From NCBI GenBank assembly GCA_018646625.1, contig JABGUJ010000003.1, forward strand, positions 142,355-206,354: a stretch of DNA of 64,000 bases, in the 5' to 3' direction. A program made the position numbers and the translations under genes. Under the pieces are notes generated by a model. That model saw nothing but the letters and a program-made list of their open reading frames with translations. It was not told the origin of the DNA and ran no database searches. Below, piece after piece: positions 45,754 through 56,077 of the stretch (positions are counted from its first letter, which is position 1; every line of letters starts with the position of its first letter). Origin of the DNA: Candidatus Woesearchaeota archaeon (GTDB taxonomy: Archaea > Nanobdellota > Nanobdellia > Woesearchaeales > JABGUJ01).

Positions 45754-46902
45754 CTAATGAAGTAAAACAAACTCCCCATCGTGAACCAATTTCATATCAT
45801 ACTTCTCATCGACCAAATCACCATACTCATCGATAGTAATCCAGTTTGAGGCTCCGGGAAAGTTCCGAATAGAGTAAAGAGAATTCATCACACAATCAGT
45901 ATCCGTACAACCTCTCATCCCTTCTACCAGAACCAACAAAGCATCAAAACCTTTAGCACCATAGATCTCAGCAGATTCATCATACAATTCCCTGTACTTC
46001 TCAGCATACTTTTGAGCAACCGCGTTATCTAAATCTAAACTAAAGTAAGAGAACTCGTGTCCTTCAGCATATTCACCTGCAACACGCAAAACATCAGCAG
46101 ATTGAGATCCAGTAGTACCAACAATTTGCAAACCAATCTCAAGTTCACCGGCATGTTTCAAGATAGAACCAATCTCGGCATAAGATACCACCACAATCAA
46201 CTCAACATCTGCAGATAACATCTTCACCAGATGTGATTGAAAGTTCGTTTCACCTTGATCAAAACTATCGTCCACAACTCTTCCAGGAAAAACACTCACG
46301 AACTCATTCTTCTGCGCCAATCCGTAATCATTATTTACCCACAACAAACCAACATTAGAAACATTAATCTCATCTACTAAATACTCAGACAAAAATCTCA
46401 TCTGCAACTCACCAGGTCCAGACACCCTAAACAAATAATCATCTTTAGTATGACAAGCAGGAATTAAACACACTGCCTCCAGTTGAACAATCTTTTTTTC
46501 ATTAGCATAAGGCATAACCGCCAAAGTAGAAGACGCACCACCAAAAGTTATCAATGCATCCACTTTATTTATCTCAACTAATTTCCTCGCAGCATTTATT
46601 GCCAACTTCGGATTAAACTGATTATCTTCATACAACAATTCGACTTTTTTACCATCAACACCACCTTCGGCATTAACTTTCTCTAAAGCCAACTCTAATC
46701 CTCTCATAGCATACTCACCATACAAAGAATTTTCACCTGACAATCCGGTTATCACACCAATCTTAACATTATCAACTGCTGCTCTAGAAACTACTTCACC
46801 AGTTATCACATCACCATCAATCATCCTACAACCTTGCAAAAGCAAAGCTAACAACAAAAAACACACTGCCAACAATACCCATATCTGCTTTCGCGACATC
46901 AT
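45754..46902 (-). CDS. Branched-chain amino acid (LivK-like) substrate-binding lipoprotein
   Basis: Lipobox LQGC; KIGVITGLSG, VNAEGGVDGKKVELLYED, NNDYG, FDA. Confidence 0.9.
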   Translation of the reverse strand: MMSRKQIWVLLAVCFLLLALLLQGCRMIDGDVITGEVVSRAAVDNVKIGVITGLSGENSLYGEYAMRGLELALEKVNAEGGVDGKKVELLYEDNQFNPKLAINAARKLVEINKVDALITFGGASSTLAVMPYANEKKIVQLEAVCLIPACHTKDDYLFRVSGPGELQMRFLSEYLVDEINVSNVGLLWVNNDYGLAQKNEFVSVFPGRVVDDSFDQGETNFQSHLVKMLSADVELIVVVSYAEIGSILKHAGELEIGLQIVGTTGSQSADVLRVAGEYAEGHEFSYFSLDLDNAVAQKYAEKYRELYDESAEIYGAKGFDALLVLVEGMRGCTDTDCVMNSLYSIRNFPGASNWITIDEYGDLVDEKYDMKLVHDGEFVLLH

Positions 46903-47000
46903 TCTAAACCACCAATAACACCAAACACGAAAACATATTTAAGAATAAGTTGTCACATAATATGACAACATTTATATAGCAAAACAGCAATAAAAGCCCC

Positions 47001-47705
47001 ATGATAGAGAAATTACAGCAAATTGGCCTCTCAGAAAAAGAGTCACACATATATTTAGCTCTTGCAAAAACAGGCGAAGCTACGGCCAACACCATAGCTA
47101 AAAGAACTAACTCAAACAGAACTGCAACATACAACATCCTACAACAGTTATCAGAGAAAAGTTTAGTCACATACATCAATAAAGAAAAGAAAAGATACTA
47201 TTCAATATCAAAACCAGACTCTTTGCTTAGCGAAATAAAAGAAAAAGAACTCATAGCTAAAGATCTAATAAAAGAAATCAACAAAATTAACATCAACCCA
47301 ATAACTGAAAAAAGAATTGAGATATTTGAAGGTAGCGATGGAATAAGATTCGTACATGATGAATTAAGAAAAACAAAAGACTTTAGAGCAATAAACGCAA
47401 CAGGATTCATATATGAATTCTTACCATTTAGCGGAAAACACATTGTAAAAGAAATTTCTCAAAGTCCAAATGCAAAGATCATAGCCACACAATCCGCAAA
47501 GAAAACTCCTCTAGCTAAATTCAAAAAATTCAAGATAAAGTACCTTCCCGAAGAAGCAGAAAACTGTGCAACAACATTCATCTTTGATGACATAGTAGTT
47601 ATTCAGGTGCTAAAAGGACCAAATCCATTCGCAATAAAAATAGCCAGTAAAGAAATATACGAAGGATACAAAAAAGACTTTGACGTTCTCTGGGAAAAAC
47701 TTTAG
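47001..47705 (+). CDS. TrmB family transcriptional regulator
   Basis: LQQIGLSEKE..IYLAL...GEATA..IAK.....RTATYNIL..L..K.LV; IEIFEG.DGI. Confidence 0.88.
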   Translation: MIEKLQQIGLSEKESHIYLALAKTGEATANTIAKRTNSNRTATYNILQQLSEKSLVTYINKEKKRYYSISKPDSLLSEIKEKELIAKDLIKEINKININPITEKRIEIFEGSDGIRFVHDELRKTKDFRAINATGFIYEFLPFSGKHIVKEISQSPNAKIIATQSAKKTPLAKFKKFKIKYLPEEAENCATTFIFDDIVVIQVLKGPNPFAIKIASKEIYEGYKKDFDVLWEKL

Positions 47706-47707
47706 AA

Positions 47708-48343
47708 TTATTTACTCTTAAACAAGTAAGCCAGCCAACCAATTAAAACAAAGAAACCTATAGCAACAACAGCAATCGCAATCCTAGTAGCATTATTCAT
47801 AGGACCAGACACACCCTCACCATCCTTGAACACATCAACACCAAAGAAAGTTTTCACAGTCAGATTTTTCTTATCTTCCTCTTCTTCAGTAACTACTTCT
47901 GTTTCCGCCTCATCCTCTTCATCTTCAACAACAGACTCATCATCATCTTCAGCAGTATCAATCTCAATTTCCAGACCGTCATCCGCATCTGTTTCATCTT
48001 CAAGCTCTTCTTCATCTTCATCCTCAGAAGCCTCATAAGTAAACTCACAATCATTAGAGATTGGTTTTCTTATTATCTCTTTACCTAACTTAACAATAAC
48101 ACAAACGCCGTTATAGCCAGCATCATGCGCCTCATCCATATACTCACCAGACTTAGTGTTAGTAGCAGCTAACCACTCATGACCTTCAACTAAACAAGAC
48201 TCATAGTAGTCAGCATCCTCACAATCCGCATCACAGTTACAATAATCTTCAGAATCAGGTATATCAATATCAAAATCCGCAGCACAAACTACAAAAGAAC
48301 AAAGAACAATCAACAACCCAATAAAAAATACCTTACTACTCAC
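47708..48343 (-). CDS. Secreted acidic protein with C-terminal membrane anchor
   Basis: Signal peptide; Cys-containing domain; D/E-rich linker; C-terminal TM helix followed by KSK. Confidence 0.75.
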   Translation of the reverse strand: MSSKVFFIGLLIVLCSFVVCAADFDIDIPDSEDYCNCDADCEDADYYESCLVEGHEWLAATNTKSGEYMDEAHDAGYNGVCVIVKLGKEIIRKPISNDCEFTYEASEDEDEEELEDETDADDGLEIEIDTAEDDDESVVEDEEDEAETEVVTEEEEDKKNLTVKTFFGVDVFKDGEGVSGPMNNATRIAIAVVAIGFFVLIGWLAYLFKSK

Positions 48344-48344
48344 T

Positions 48345-50222
48345 TTAAATACCGTTAGCTTTCAAAATCTGACGATAGATCTTCTGATTACCTTTCCAGT
48401 CTAATGCTACTTTAAGCACTTCAACTATATTAGTTACCGGAACCAGTTTAATCTTCTTTAAATCATCTTTATCAATCACAATATCAGCCATATTAGATTT
48501 AGGAACAATAACTATCTCAATACCAGCATCAATTGCCGCATCAACTTTAGCACTCACACCACCTACAGGTAAAACTTCTCCTCTAACAGATAAACTACCA
48601 GTCATAGCAATGTTCTGCTTAATTGGAATATTCTTAAAGGCAGAAATAACTGTAGTAGCAATTGCCACCGATGCCGAATCACCTTCAACACCTTCATAAG
48701 TCTGCAAGAACTGAACATAAATATCATATTTTTCTTTAATATCTTCACCAAAGTATTTCTTAATAATTGCAGAAACATTTGTAACCGCTTCTTTAGCAAT
48801 GTCCCCTAATTTACCTGTAGCAATAATATTATTTTCTTTACCACCAGGCGCAACCGCAGATTCAATAGGTAACAATATTCCTGAAAATGCACTTCCACCA
48901 CCAATAACGGCCAATCCATTAACTCTACCAACCTTATGACCTTTAGTAACAATAACTTCATACTCTTTTTTTCGTTCAATATGTTTATCAGCAATTTGCT
49001 GTTCCAATGGTCGAGCAATCTTTTTTGCTTTAATCACATGCTCCTTCTCAACCAACTTAGCATTCATTTCTTTTGCAACATCTCCCGCAGCTCTAACCAA
49101 ACCACCCAGCTCTCTCAATCTAACAGTTAAATGTTTTTTACGATTAGCCATTTTTTGTGCTTGAATAATCATATACTCTACTGCTGCTCGACTGAAATGA
49201 GGAGTTTTTTTGTCTTTATTAACTTCCTGCGCTACAAAAACCGCAATTTTATAACGATTCTCAAGAGTGTCCTTCATAGTTTCATTCATGAAAACTTCAT
49301 AACCATATCCTCTGATTCTAGATCTCAAAGCAGGATGCATATGTTTTATTGTTTCAATATTACCTGCCGCAACCATAACAAAACTACAAGGCACCGGTTC
49401 AGTTCTAACCATTGCACCAGCACTTCTCTCACTCTGACCAGTAATAGAATATTTCCCTTCTTGCAACGCAGTCAGTAACTCTTGTTGAGTATGCGGTTGT
49501 AAAGTTGCAATTTCATCTACAAACAATACACCCATATGCGCTTTATGAATCATTCCTGCAACTACCCTTTCATTCGCAGGCGTACCCAAACCACCAGATT
49601 GAAATGGATCGTGCAAAACATCACCTAACAATGCACCAGCATGAGCACCGGTTGCATCTAAAAACGGAATTTTATCCTTCTTAAAATTATCAACAATGGA
49701 TTTTGGCGCATTTACCTTAGTATTGCTCATCTTCTTACCAAAGTTCAAAAACAGCATGAATCCAACAATAAACACCATGCCAGTTATCATTGACGCAGCA
49801 TAAATAACATCAGAAAACGCTCCAGTTTTCCAAAAATAATAAGGCAATAAAGTCACAGCAACTGCAACAATTATTAAGAAAATAGTTTGATTTTTGAAAC
49901 TTGCCATTGATTGCATTTTAGCATTTGCAACCAGCTCCCTACCTTTACCTGCAGGCACAGATCTTATCAATGGTTGGTTTTCATCATTAGGATTAGGAAA
50001 TGAAACTAAGTCTACTAATTTTTCTTTAGGCAACAAATCTGCAAGAGCCAAACCCAACATACTTTTACCAGTACCAGGTTCACCAATCAACAACACATGC
50101 CTTCTTTGCAATGCAGCTTTTTTAACTATCTCGACTGCAGATTCTTGGCCAATCACTTGCCCAATAATCTTATCTGCAACTTTAATCTGAGAAGTATCCT
50201 TAAACTTGTGCCTACCAAACAT
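48345..50222 (-). CDS. lonB: Archaeal membrane-bound ATP-dependent protease LonB
   Basis: GEPGTGKS, two inserted TM helices, [19 protein letters not shown] catalytic Ser, GGVSAK catalytic Lys. Confidence 0.97.
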   Translation of the reverse strand: MFGRHKFKDTSQIKVADKIIGQVIGQESAVEIVKKAALQRRHVLLIGEPGTGKSMLGLALADLLPKEKLVDLVSFPNPNDENQPLIRSVPAGKGRELVANAKMQSMASFKNQTIFLIIVAVAVTLLPYYFWKTGAFSDVIYAASMITGMVFIVGFMLFLNFGKKMSNTKVNAPKSIVDNFKKDKIPFLDATGAHAGALLGDVLHDPFQSGGLGTPANERVVAGMIHKAHMGVLFVDEIATLQPHTQQELLTALQEGKYSITGQSERSAGAMVRTEPVPCSFVMVAAGNIETIKHMHPALRSRIRGYGYEVFMNETMKDTLENRYKIAVFVAQEVNKDKKTPHFSRAAVEYMIIQAQKMANRKKHLTVRLRELGGLVRAAGDVAKEMNAKLVEKEHVIKAKKIARPLEQQIADKHIERKKEYEVIVTKGHKVGRVNGLAVIGGGSAFSGILLPIESAVAPGGKENNIIATGKLGDIAKEAVTNVSAIIKKYFGEDIKEKYDIYVQFLQTYEGVEGDSASVAIATTVISAFKNIPIKQNIAMTGSLSVRGEVLPVGGVSAKVDAAIDAGIEIVIVPKSNMADIVIDKDDLKKIKLVPVTNIVEVLKVALDWKGNQKIYRQILKANGI

Positions 50223-50338
50223 ACTAAAATAACACACCTATCACTTTTTAAAGGTTTCGACTAAAAGAAACAAAGATATAATCAATTAAAACTAAAAACA
50301 ATGTTTATAAACTTACCCCCGTTTAGTAAACATTCAAG

Positions 50339-52156
50339 ATGGTTGCTCAAGACCAAAAAGAGGTGGTCCGTGTAAAAGAGCTACTTTACATCTTCTTAAC
50401 AATATTAATTATCATCGCAATTCTTTTTGGAGTTCTCGTTCTATATGATAAAGCAAGAGATATTTTTCAAGGCTCAGAACAAGAAAACTCAGCGGACAGC
50501 GAAAGTGGAAAAGCATTTCCTGACGAAAAAGCCAAAGAATACTATGACAAAGAAAGCAAAGAAACTTTCTATTATGATGAAAAAAGTGGACTATACTACA
50601 ACAAAGAAGGTAAATCAATAGATATTGAAGACATAAAACAACAGCTTGTAGAAACAGAAGGGGAAGTACTCGGTACGACTACTACTTCAACACCTGGAAC
50701 AACAGATACACCAGGAACTGCTGCCGCTTCAACACTCGGAGCACCTTCTAATCCCGACACACCTGGGACAACGGACACACCAGAAGCAACACCTCCTGGT
50801 CCAGACACACCTGAAACAAGTGATGCGCCAGGCACACACGAAGATCCCCTTCCAGACACTCCAGCTCCTGATGCAGATCCAGAACCCGGAGTATCAGCAG
50901 AAGAAACACCGGATACAGAAACAGAATGCACAGACAGTATAGATAATGATGAAGATGGATTACTCGACACAATAGATGATGATTGTAGAGGCCAATATTG
51001 CGATACAGGAAAAGTATGGATTTGGAGTCACATAGCAGGAGAAGATTACGATACCGCACCTCCTGAAAATGAAGATGAAGAAAGAAGAATTGGGTGTTGT
51101 GAAGTCAATGAATGTATTACAGCATCAGGAACATGTTATCCTTTCGATATGCCACTCAGCCCTGGTTGGATTTGTGGAAGCTTTAACAGATGGAAAGAAT
51201 GTACAAGTTCTAAAATAAACTCAGTAAGCGACGGTGGAGACTATTTGTGTACAGGATCCCAATGGACTTCTTATGAAGATACTGAAACTCAATGTGATGA
51301 TAATTTAGACAATGATAATGATGGCGAAATTGATGAAATAGATTCCGACTGCAGAGGCACGCAATGCAGTAAAACTGGAAAAACTTGGATCTGGAGTTAC
51401 TTACCAGGTCAAAATCAAGATTTACCACCGCCCGCCACAGGAAGCGACAGAAGAATTGGATGTTGCAGTAACGATGAATGTGTAAACATTGATGGAGAAT
51501 GTGTAGATTATGATACAGAATACTCAGACACATACATCTGTGGTAACAACAACAACTGGGACGTTTGTTCAATAAAAACACCAAATAAAGATAGCGACGG
51601 AGGAAGTTTTGTATGTCGAGGCAACCCTGCAAGATGGGGCGTACAAGAACAATTCTTCGAAACAAGCTGCGACGATAACTTTGATAACGATGGAGATGGA
51701 GGAGCAGATGAATACGATGGAGATTGCGTAGGAGAAACATGCGCTCCAGGAAAAGTATGGACTTGGAGTTATCTTTTCAGATACAATCCATCATACAATC
51801 AATGGTGGCAAGACAGCGGAGAAGGAGATTCAGGCACATCTTACCAAATGTCAACCCTCACAAGACATTATTATCCACCACAAGAATCTGGCGGAGACAG
51901 AAGAATAGCATGTTGTGAACCAGATGAATGTGTAAACCTCGATGGTGAGTGCAAACCAGCATTCAGCACATACTTCGACAATCCGTCATGGTTATGTCGA
52001 GACTACTCTAAAGGCAACCATTGGTTCAAATGCGATCTAGGATCAAATACTGAAACATTCGAAGGTCAAAGAGGATCTTTCGATGCAACAGCACACTGTG
52101 TATCAAACACCTGGGGAACAGAAACCGAATGGGAATTTGGACTTGCAATGCCTTAA
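50339..52156 (+). CDS. Membrane-anchored surface protein with Thr/Pro stalk and three Cys/Asp-rich repeats
   Basis: N-terminal TM; (T/D)TP(G/E) linker; 3x ET.C.D..DND.DG..D..D.DC...GK.W.WS...RRI.CC..EC. Confidence 0.85.
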   Translation: MVAQDQKEVVRVKELLYIFLTILIIIAILFGVLVLYDKARDIFQGSEQENSADSESGKAFPDEKAKEYYDKESKETFYYDEKSGLYYNKEGKSIDIEDIKQQLVETEGEVLGTTTTSTPGTTDTPGTAAASTLGAPSNPDTPGTTDTPEATPPGPDTPETSDAPGTHEDPLPDTPAPDADPEPGVSAEETPDTETECTDSIDNDEDGLLDTIDDDCRGQYCDTGKVWIWSHIAGEDYDTAPPENEDEERRIGCCEVNECITASGTCYPFDMPLSPGWICGSFNRWKECTSSKINSVSDGGDYLCTGSQWTSYEDTETQCDDNLDNDNDGEIDEIDSDCRGTQCSKTGKTWIWSYLPGQNQDLPPPATGSDRRIGCCSNDECVNIDGECVDYDTEYSDTYICGNNNNWDVCSIKTPNKDSDGGSFVCRGNPARWGVQEQFFETSCDDNFDNDGDGGADEYDGDCVGETCAPGKVWTWSYLFRYNPSYNQWWQDSGEGDSGTSYQMSTLTRHYYPPQESGGDRRIACCEPDECVNLDGECKPAFSTYFDNPSWLCRDYSKGNHWFKCDLGSNTETFEGQRGSFDATAHCVSNTWGTETEWEFGLAMP

Positions 52157-52230
52157 TTATCCGAGAATTCTAGAAACTTTTCGAAAACTAACGAAATAAT
52201 AATTTATAGACAAAACCACTATAAAGATTA

Positions 52231-52575
52231 ATGCAAGAAAAGACCTTGTTAAGAATCTCATTAATAACTACAGCAGTAGGCATTCTCTTACTATACATAT
52301 TATCGCAATACTCTCAACCAGAACTAGTACAACCATACACTCTAACAAATAGTGACTTAGGAAACAAAGTTTTAGTTCAAGGAAATATAGGATCAGTAAA
52401 ACAATACGGCAACACAACCATAATTAAAGTATCAACAAATGATCAAATTCAAGTTGTACACTTTCAACCATTAAAATTTTCATTAAACAAAAACGAACAA
52501 ATAGAGGTCATAGGCACAGTACAAAAACACAAAGGAGAATATCAACTAATAAGCGATGAAATACGCATAATATAG
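52231..52575 (+). CDS. Membrane-anchored OB-fold protein
   Basis: N-terminal TM; V.VQG.I, IEVIGTVQKHKGEYQLI..EI. Confidence 0.75.
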   Translation: MQEKTLLRISLITTAVGILLLYILSQYSQPELVQPYTLTNSDLGNKVLVQGNIGSVKQYGNTTIIKVSTNDQIQVVHFQPLKFSLNKNEQIEVIGTVQKHKGEYQLISDEIRII

Positions 52576-52650
52576 CCATACAGAGCTTGAAAACAAACAC
52601 AAAGCAAGTAGAAAACTTTATAAAGGACCCCAAAATCCATCATTCTGAAA

Positions 52651-52908
52651 ATGGAAGGCACAATAGTAAACTTTAGATCAAGCGTAACACGCCAAACAGG
52701 CAACCAGATGATAGTTTCAGTACCTGGCATAGAAAGCAGAGAAAAAGCTACTGGACTTGTAGGTAAAAATGTTGTATGGACAACTCCTGCAAAGAAAGAG
52801 ATCAAAGGCGAAGTTAGATCTGCACATGGCAATAAAGGTGCTTTAAGAATTCTTTTCGAAAAAGGAATGCCTGGTCAAGCAATTGGACAGAAAGTCAAAT
52901 TCGCTTAA
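52651..52908 (+). CDS. rpl35ae: 50S ribosomal protein L35Ae
   Basis: G.IVNFR...Q..NQMI, LVGK.V.W, IKG.V...HGN.G.LR..FEKGMPGQAIG. Confidence 0.93.
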   Translation: MEGTIVNFRSSVTRQTGNQMIVSVPGIESREKATGLVGKNVVWTTPAKKEIKGEVRSAHGNKGALRILFEKGMPGQAIGQKVKFA

Positions 52909-53218
52909 ACTTAACGATTTTTACAATCGTATTCTTATTTACTTCAGCACTATAATATTTAGAATAAGCCTCGTACATTTCATCATCAGATTCAAACTTC
53001 TCATGACCTTCCCAATCATCATCAGTTAAATCCCTAAACGCAACTTCCCTAATCGCAACAATCTCCGCATTTGCAAATTCCTTACCATCTTGTTTGCAAA
53101 TAAAAGTTAACTTATCACCTTGTTGCAAATCTTTATCATCAAACAATCTCCAAGTTGTTGTCTTGGAACCATCAAGAACTAAAGGGACTAAATTCTCAAA
53201 AAATTTCAAAGTCTTCAT
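52895..53218 (-). CDS. ASCH domain protein
   Basis: LKF....V.LVLDGSKTTTWR; GD.L. Confidence 0.85.
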   Translation of the reverse strand: MKTLKFFENLVPLVLDGSKTTTWRLFDDKDLQQGDKLTFICKQDGKEFANAEIVAIREVAFRDLTDDDWEGHEKFESDDEMYEAYSKYYSAEVNKNTIVKIVKFKRI

Positions 53219-53874
53219 CTTTTAACACCATCACCCATTGCATTAGCAAAAGAGTCCGTTTCCCTCCTAACTTCAGTTTCTTCTTTCAATTCTTCAGAAT
53301 GCAACGCTTTTTCTTTCTTAATCAAACCAGCCACTTCAATATCAACATGTTTCTTCTTAGAAAAATGAGATATTTTATCATGTAACAATTTACCATACTC
53401 ATCACAAGAATTTGCAAACTTTGTTAACACAGAAGCATCCGCATTAAATTCCGGCCGCGCAACCATTTGCAACATCGTTCTCAATAAAGACTCTTGCATA
53501 TCCAAATCTTTTTTAATATGTAAATCACAATCAATTTCTTCTTTAGTATCAGTAATAAGTTTTTCCTCTACATGCTCTTCAGCTCTCTCAGTATTCAAAA
53601 CTCTCCCTTCATCTTTAAGTTCTCTACCAAATTCTACTCTTATCAGTTCACCAACTCTGGTCTTATCTCTCTGTTCAGCAGCTTCCTCTCTCAACAACTC
53701 GTTAACAGCTTTTTCTCTAGTATGAATTAACTTACCTTCATGCTTTGCAATCTTTTTACGCAAACCTTCAAGTTTTTTCTCAGAATCAACAGTCTTAGCG
53801 ATAATTAAACTTTGTGCTCTAATTATATTTAACAAGTACTCAACAACAGATTTAACCTTGGCTACATCGATCAA
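53215..53874 (-). CDS. Hypothetical coiled-coil protein
   Basis: E/K-rich helical; start overlaps the upstream stop. Confidence 0.75.
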   Translation of the reverse strand: MIDVAKVKSVVEYLLNIIRAQSLIIAKTVDSEKKLEGLRKKIAKHEGKLIHTREKAVNELLREEAAEQRDKTRVGELIRVEFGRELKDEGRVLNTERAEEHVEEKLITDTKEEIDCDLHIKKDLDMQESLLRTMLQMVARPEFNADASVLTKFANSCDEYGKLLHDKISHFSKKKHVDIEVAGLIKKEKALHSEELKEETEVRRETDSFANAMGDGVKR

Positions 53875-54983
53875 GCACGCGCACCTCGCATACCGTGTGC
53901 CAAATTAATTGCATCAATTAAATCTCTTTGACTATGTATCTCAGAATTTCTAAACTCTTTTTGTACATCAGGTAGTCTTGCAACCTCATCAATTGCCTGT
54001 ATAGCTTGGGCCTTAGGCATATGACTAATTAGCTGAGCCAGATCTCTATACCCGTTCTCAGAAAGATCGTCTCTAAGTTGTGCGGCTCTTGACTGAAGAC
54101 GATTAGCCACATCACGATCAATATTCAAATGTTCCGGACCACCTTTTGCTTGCGCCCTTGCCACATCACTTATCCTATGCAAATAATCATAAGCTTTTCT
54201 TTCGCCCGGCAAATACTTTTCAAACCATCTATCCTTTTCAATATTGTTTAATTGATGTTTGTCAACTAAATCTTCATAATTACCAACATTTTTTTCTTCT
54301 TTCGCCGCTGACCCTTCTTTAAACCTTAATTTACTTAAAGTATTTCCAATCTTCGCTCTCTCACCTTTTGCTTGCCTAATACTAAATTTACCAAGACCTC
54401 TAACTAAAGTAATAACTCCAATTATCAAGAACACAATTGCAAATGCAAACAAAGCAGGAGTATCCGTCAACACAGCAGTAGCCGCAGAAGCAAACGCCGT
54501 CGCTAAGAAAGTTTTCTTCAGATCTCCTTTAAAATATTTATACATCCATAATGCAAACAAAACCACTAAACAACTTGCGAATAAATAAGCATAATCTCCC
54601 AGAAAAGGTTTCATGATTCCAGCAACAGTCTTATCTCTATTAGAATATCCAAATCCTAACACCGCCAACATAGAAACTGACACAGCCAACATCTTACCAT
54701 AGCCACTAAGTCCCATCGCCCCGCCACCTTGGAACATCTTTATTTTAGAAATTGCCGAAGCAAGTATAGCATAAAGAATAAGATACATAAAAATTATTAA
54801 CAAAAAGAATGCAACCCATTGATTAGTCAAAACATCATGGATCATACCAGAGAAACCTTTCATCCCGTCAGCAAAACCATCCCAACTAGGAATAAAACCT
54901 ACTTGATCGCTAAGGGCAACTACACCAGGTAACCCTAAAAGAAACAGAACTACTAAAACCAAACACCTCTTTTTCTCTAACAT
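53871..54983 (-). CDS. Hypothetical multi-pass membrane protein with cytoplasmic helical C-domain
   Basis: Signal-like N-terminus plus about 5 TM helices, then a soluble helical tail. Confidence 0.8.
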   Translation of the reverse strand: MLEKKRCLVLVVLFLLGLPGVVALSDQVGFIPSWDGFADGMKGFSGMIHDVLTNQWVAFFLLIIFMYLILYAILASAISKIKMFQGGGAMGLSGYGKMLAVSVSMLAVLGFGYSNRDKTVAGIMKPFLGDYAYLFASCLVVLFALWMYKYFKGDLKKTFLATAFASAATAVLTDTPALFAFAIVFLIIGVITLVRGLGKFSIRQAKGERAKIGNTLSKLRFKEGSAAKEEKNVGNYEDLVDKHQLNNIEKDRWFEKYLPGERKAYDYLHRISDVARAQAKGGPEHLNIDRDVANRLQSRAAQLRDDLSENGYRDLAQLISHMPKAQAIQAIDEVARLPDVQKEFRNSEIHSQRDLIDAINLAHGMRGARA

Positions 54984-55034
54984 TTGACGCCTTAAAAAAG
55001 TATAAAATAAAGAAAATAAAAAAAGAAAAGGAAA

Positions 55035-55976
55035 TTACCTTTTCGCTTGTCTTTCTTCTCTCCTCATGATCTGCTCATAAGTATGAGTGTTTTGTTTAAC
55101 TTCGTGCAACTTACCATCAAGTTGTTTTAAGATATCGTCAGGGAACCCTTGATGCCCCAAACCTTTAAGCACGTCACCAGCTTCTTTCAACATACCTTTA
55201 TGTTTAAAGTGAGCACTCGTTGCATAAACAAACAGCTTATACAAAGCATCGAACACATAAGTAACATCTTCTTTCAATTTCTTAGCAACAGTCAACAAAT
55301 CAGTAAGCTCTTTCTGCAATTCAGTAAAGTCTTGAGTAGATAGCTCTTTTTTCTTCAGAGTTGCTTGTAGTGCTTGAACATCTTTTGCCATATCAGCCTC
55401 AAGATCTCTCTCAATTTTTGCACCTTGTCTAACTTCCCTAGCAGCTTTCCTCTCCTTCATCTCACCTTGAATGTTATACTGAGCTAACCTTGCAGAAACA
55501 CCTTCCCAACCCATCTTTGCTTGCCATGCAAGACCATAGATCTTCTGGATTTTTTCTTTACAAACATTATGAGCTTCATCTAATGCGACCTTTACTGCCT
55601 TAGCTTTCGCCACCAGATCTTTTTTATGATTAGCATCTAGACCTTTATGCCCTTCTAGCATTTTGTTTAATTTTCCATCAAAGGCTTCATCGTCTTCAAT
55701 ATCATGAAGAAATCTGTTTTCAATAACAGCCATATTTTCTTCACTTTCAAAATCAAACTTAAACAATTTATCAAGATCTTTCTCAAGAGCATCAACATCT
55801 GCCTGAACCTTAACCACACTACCAATTTGAGTATCGGCTTTCAGTTGAGCAATCTGTTCTTTATACTCTCGTTCAATATCTTGCTTAGCTTCAACAATCT
55901 TAAGAATTCTATTACCTAAATTCTTAGATGAAGCAAACATATGAGAAACTTTTGCTTTGAATAAATCTAATACCAT
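55035..55976 (-). CDS. Hypothetical all-helical coiled-coil protein
   Basis: AGGTGAG SD; heptad-rich over its full length; T-tract terminator at 55001-55034. Confidence 0.8.
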   Translation of the reverse strand: MVLDLFKAKVSHMFASSKNLGNRILKIVEAKQDIEREYKEQIAQLKADTQIGSVVKVQADVDALEKDLDKLFKFDFESEENMAVIENRFLHDIEDDEAFDGKLNKMLEGHKGLDANHKKDLVAKAKAVKVALDEAHNVCKEKIQKIYGLAWQAKMGWEGVSARLAQYNIQGEMKERKAAREVRQGAKIERDLEADMAKDVQALQATLKKKELSTQDFTELQKELTDLLTVAKKLKEDVTYVFDALYKLFVYATSAHFKHKGMLKEAGDVLKGLGHQGFPDDILKQLDGKLHEVKQNTHTYEQIMRREERQAKR

Positions 55977-56077
55977 CTCTACTCACCTTCTTTTCCTATT
56001 TAATTAACCTAATCAACCTCTTTTTCCCATTAAAGTGCTTATGAGCATATATAAGCTTTGTGGTGTCAGTATTTAAG

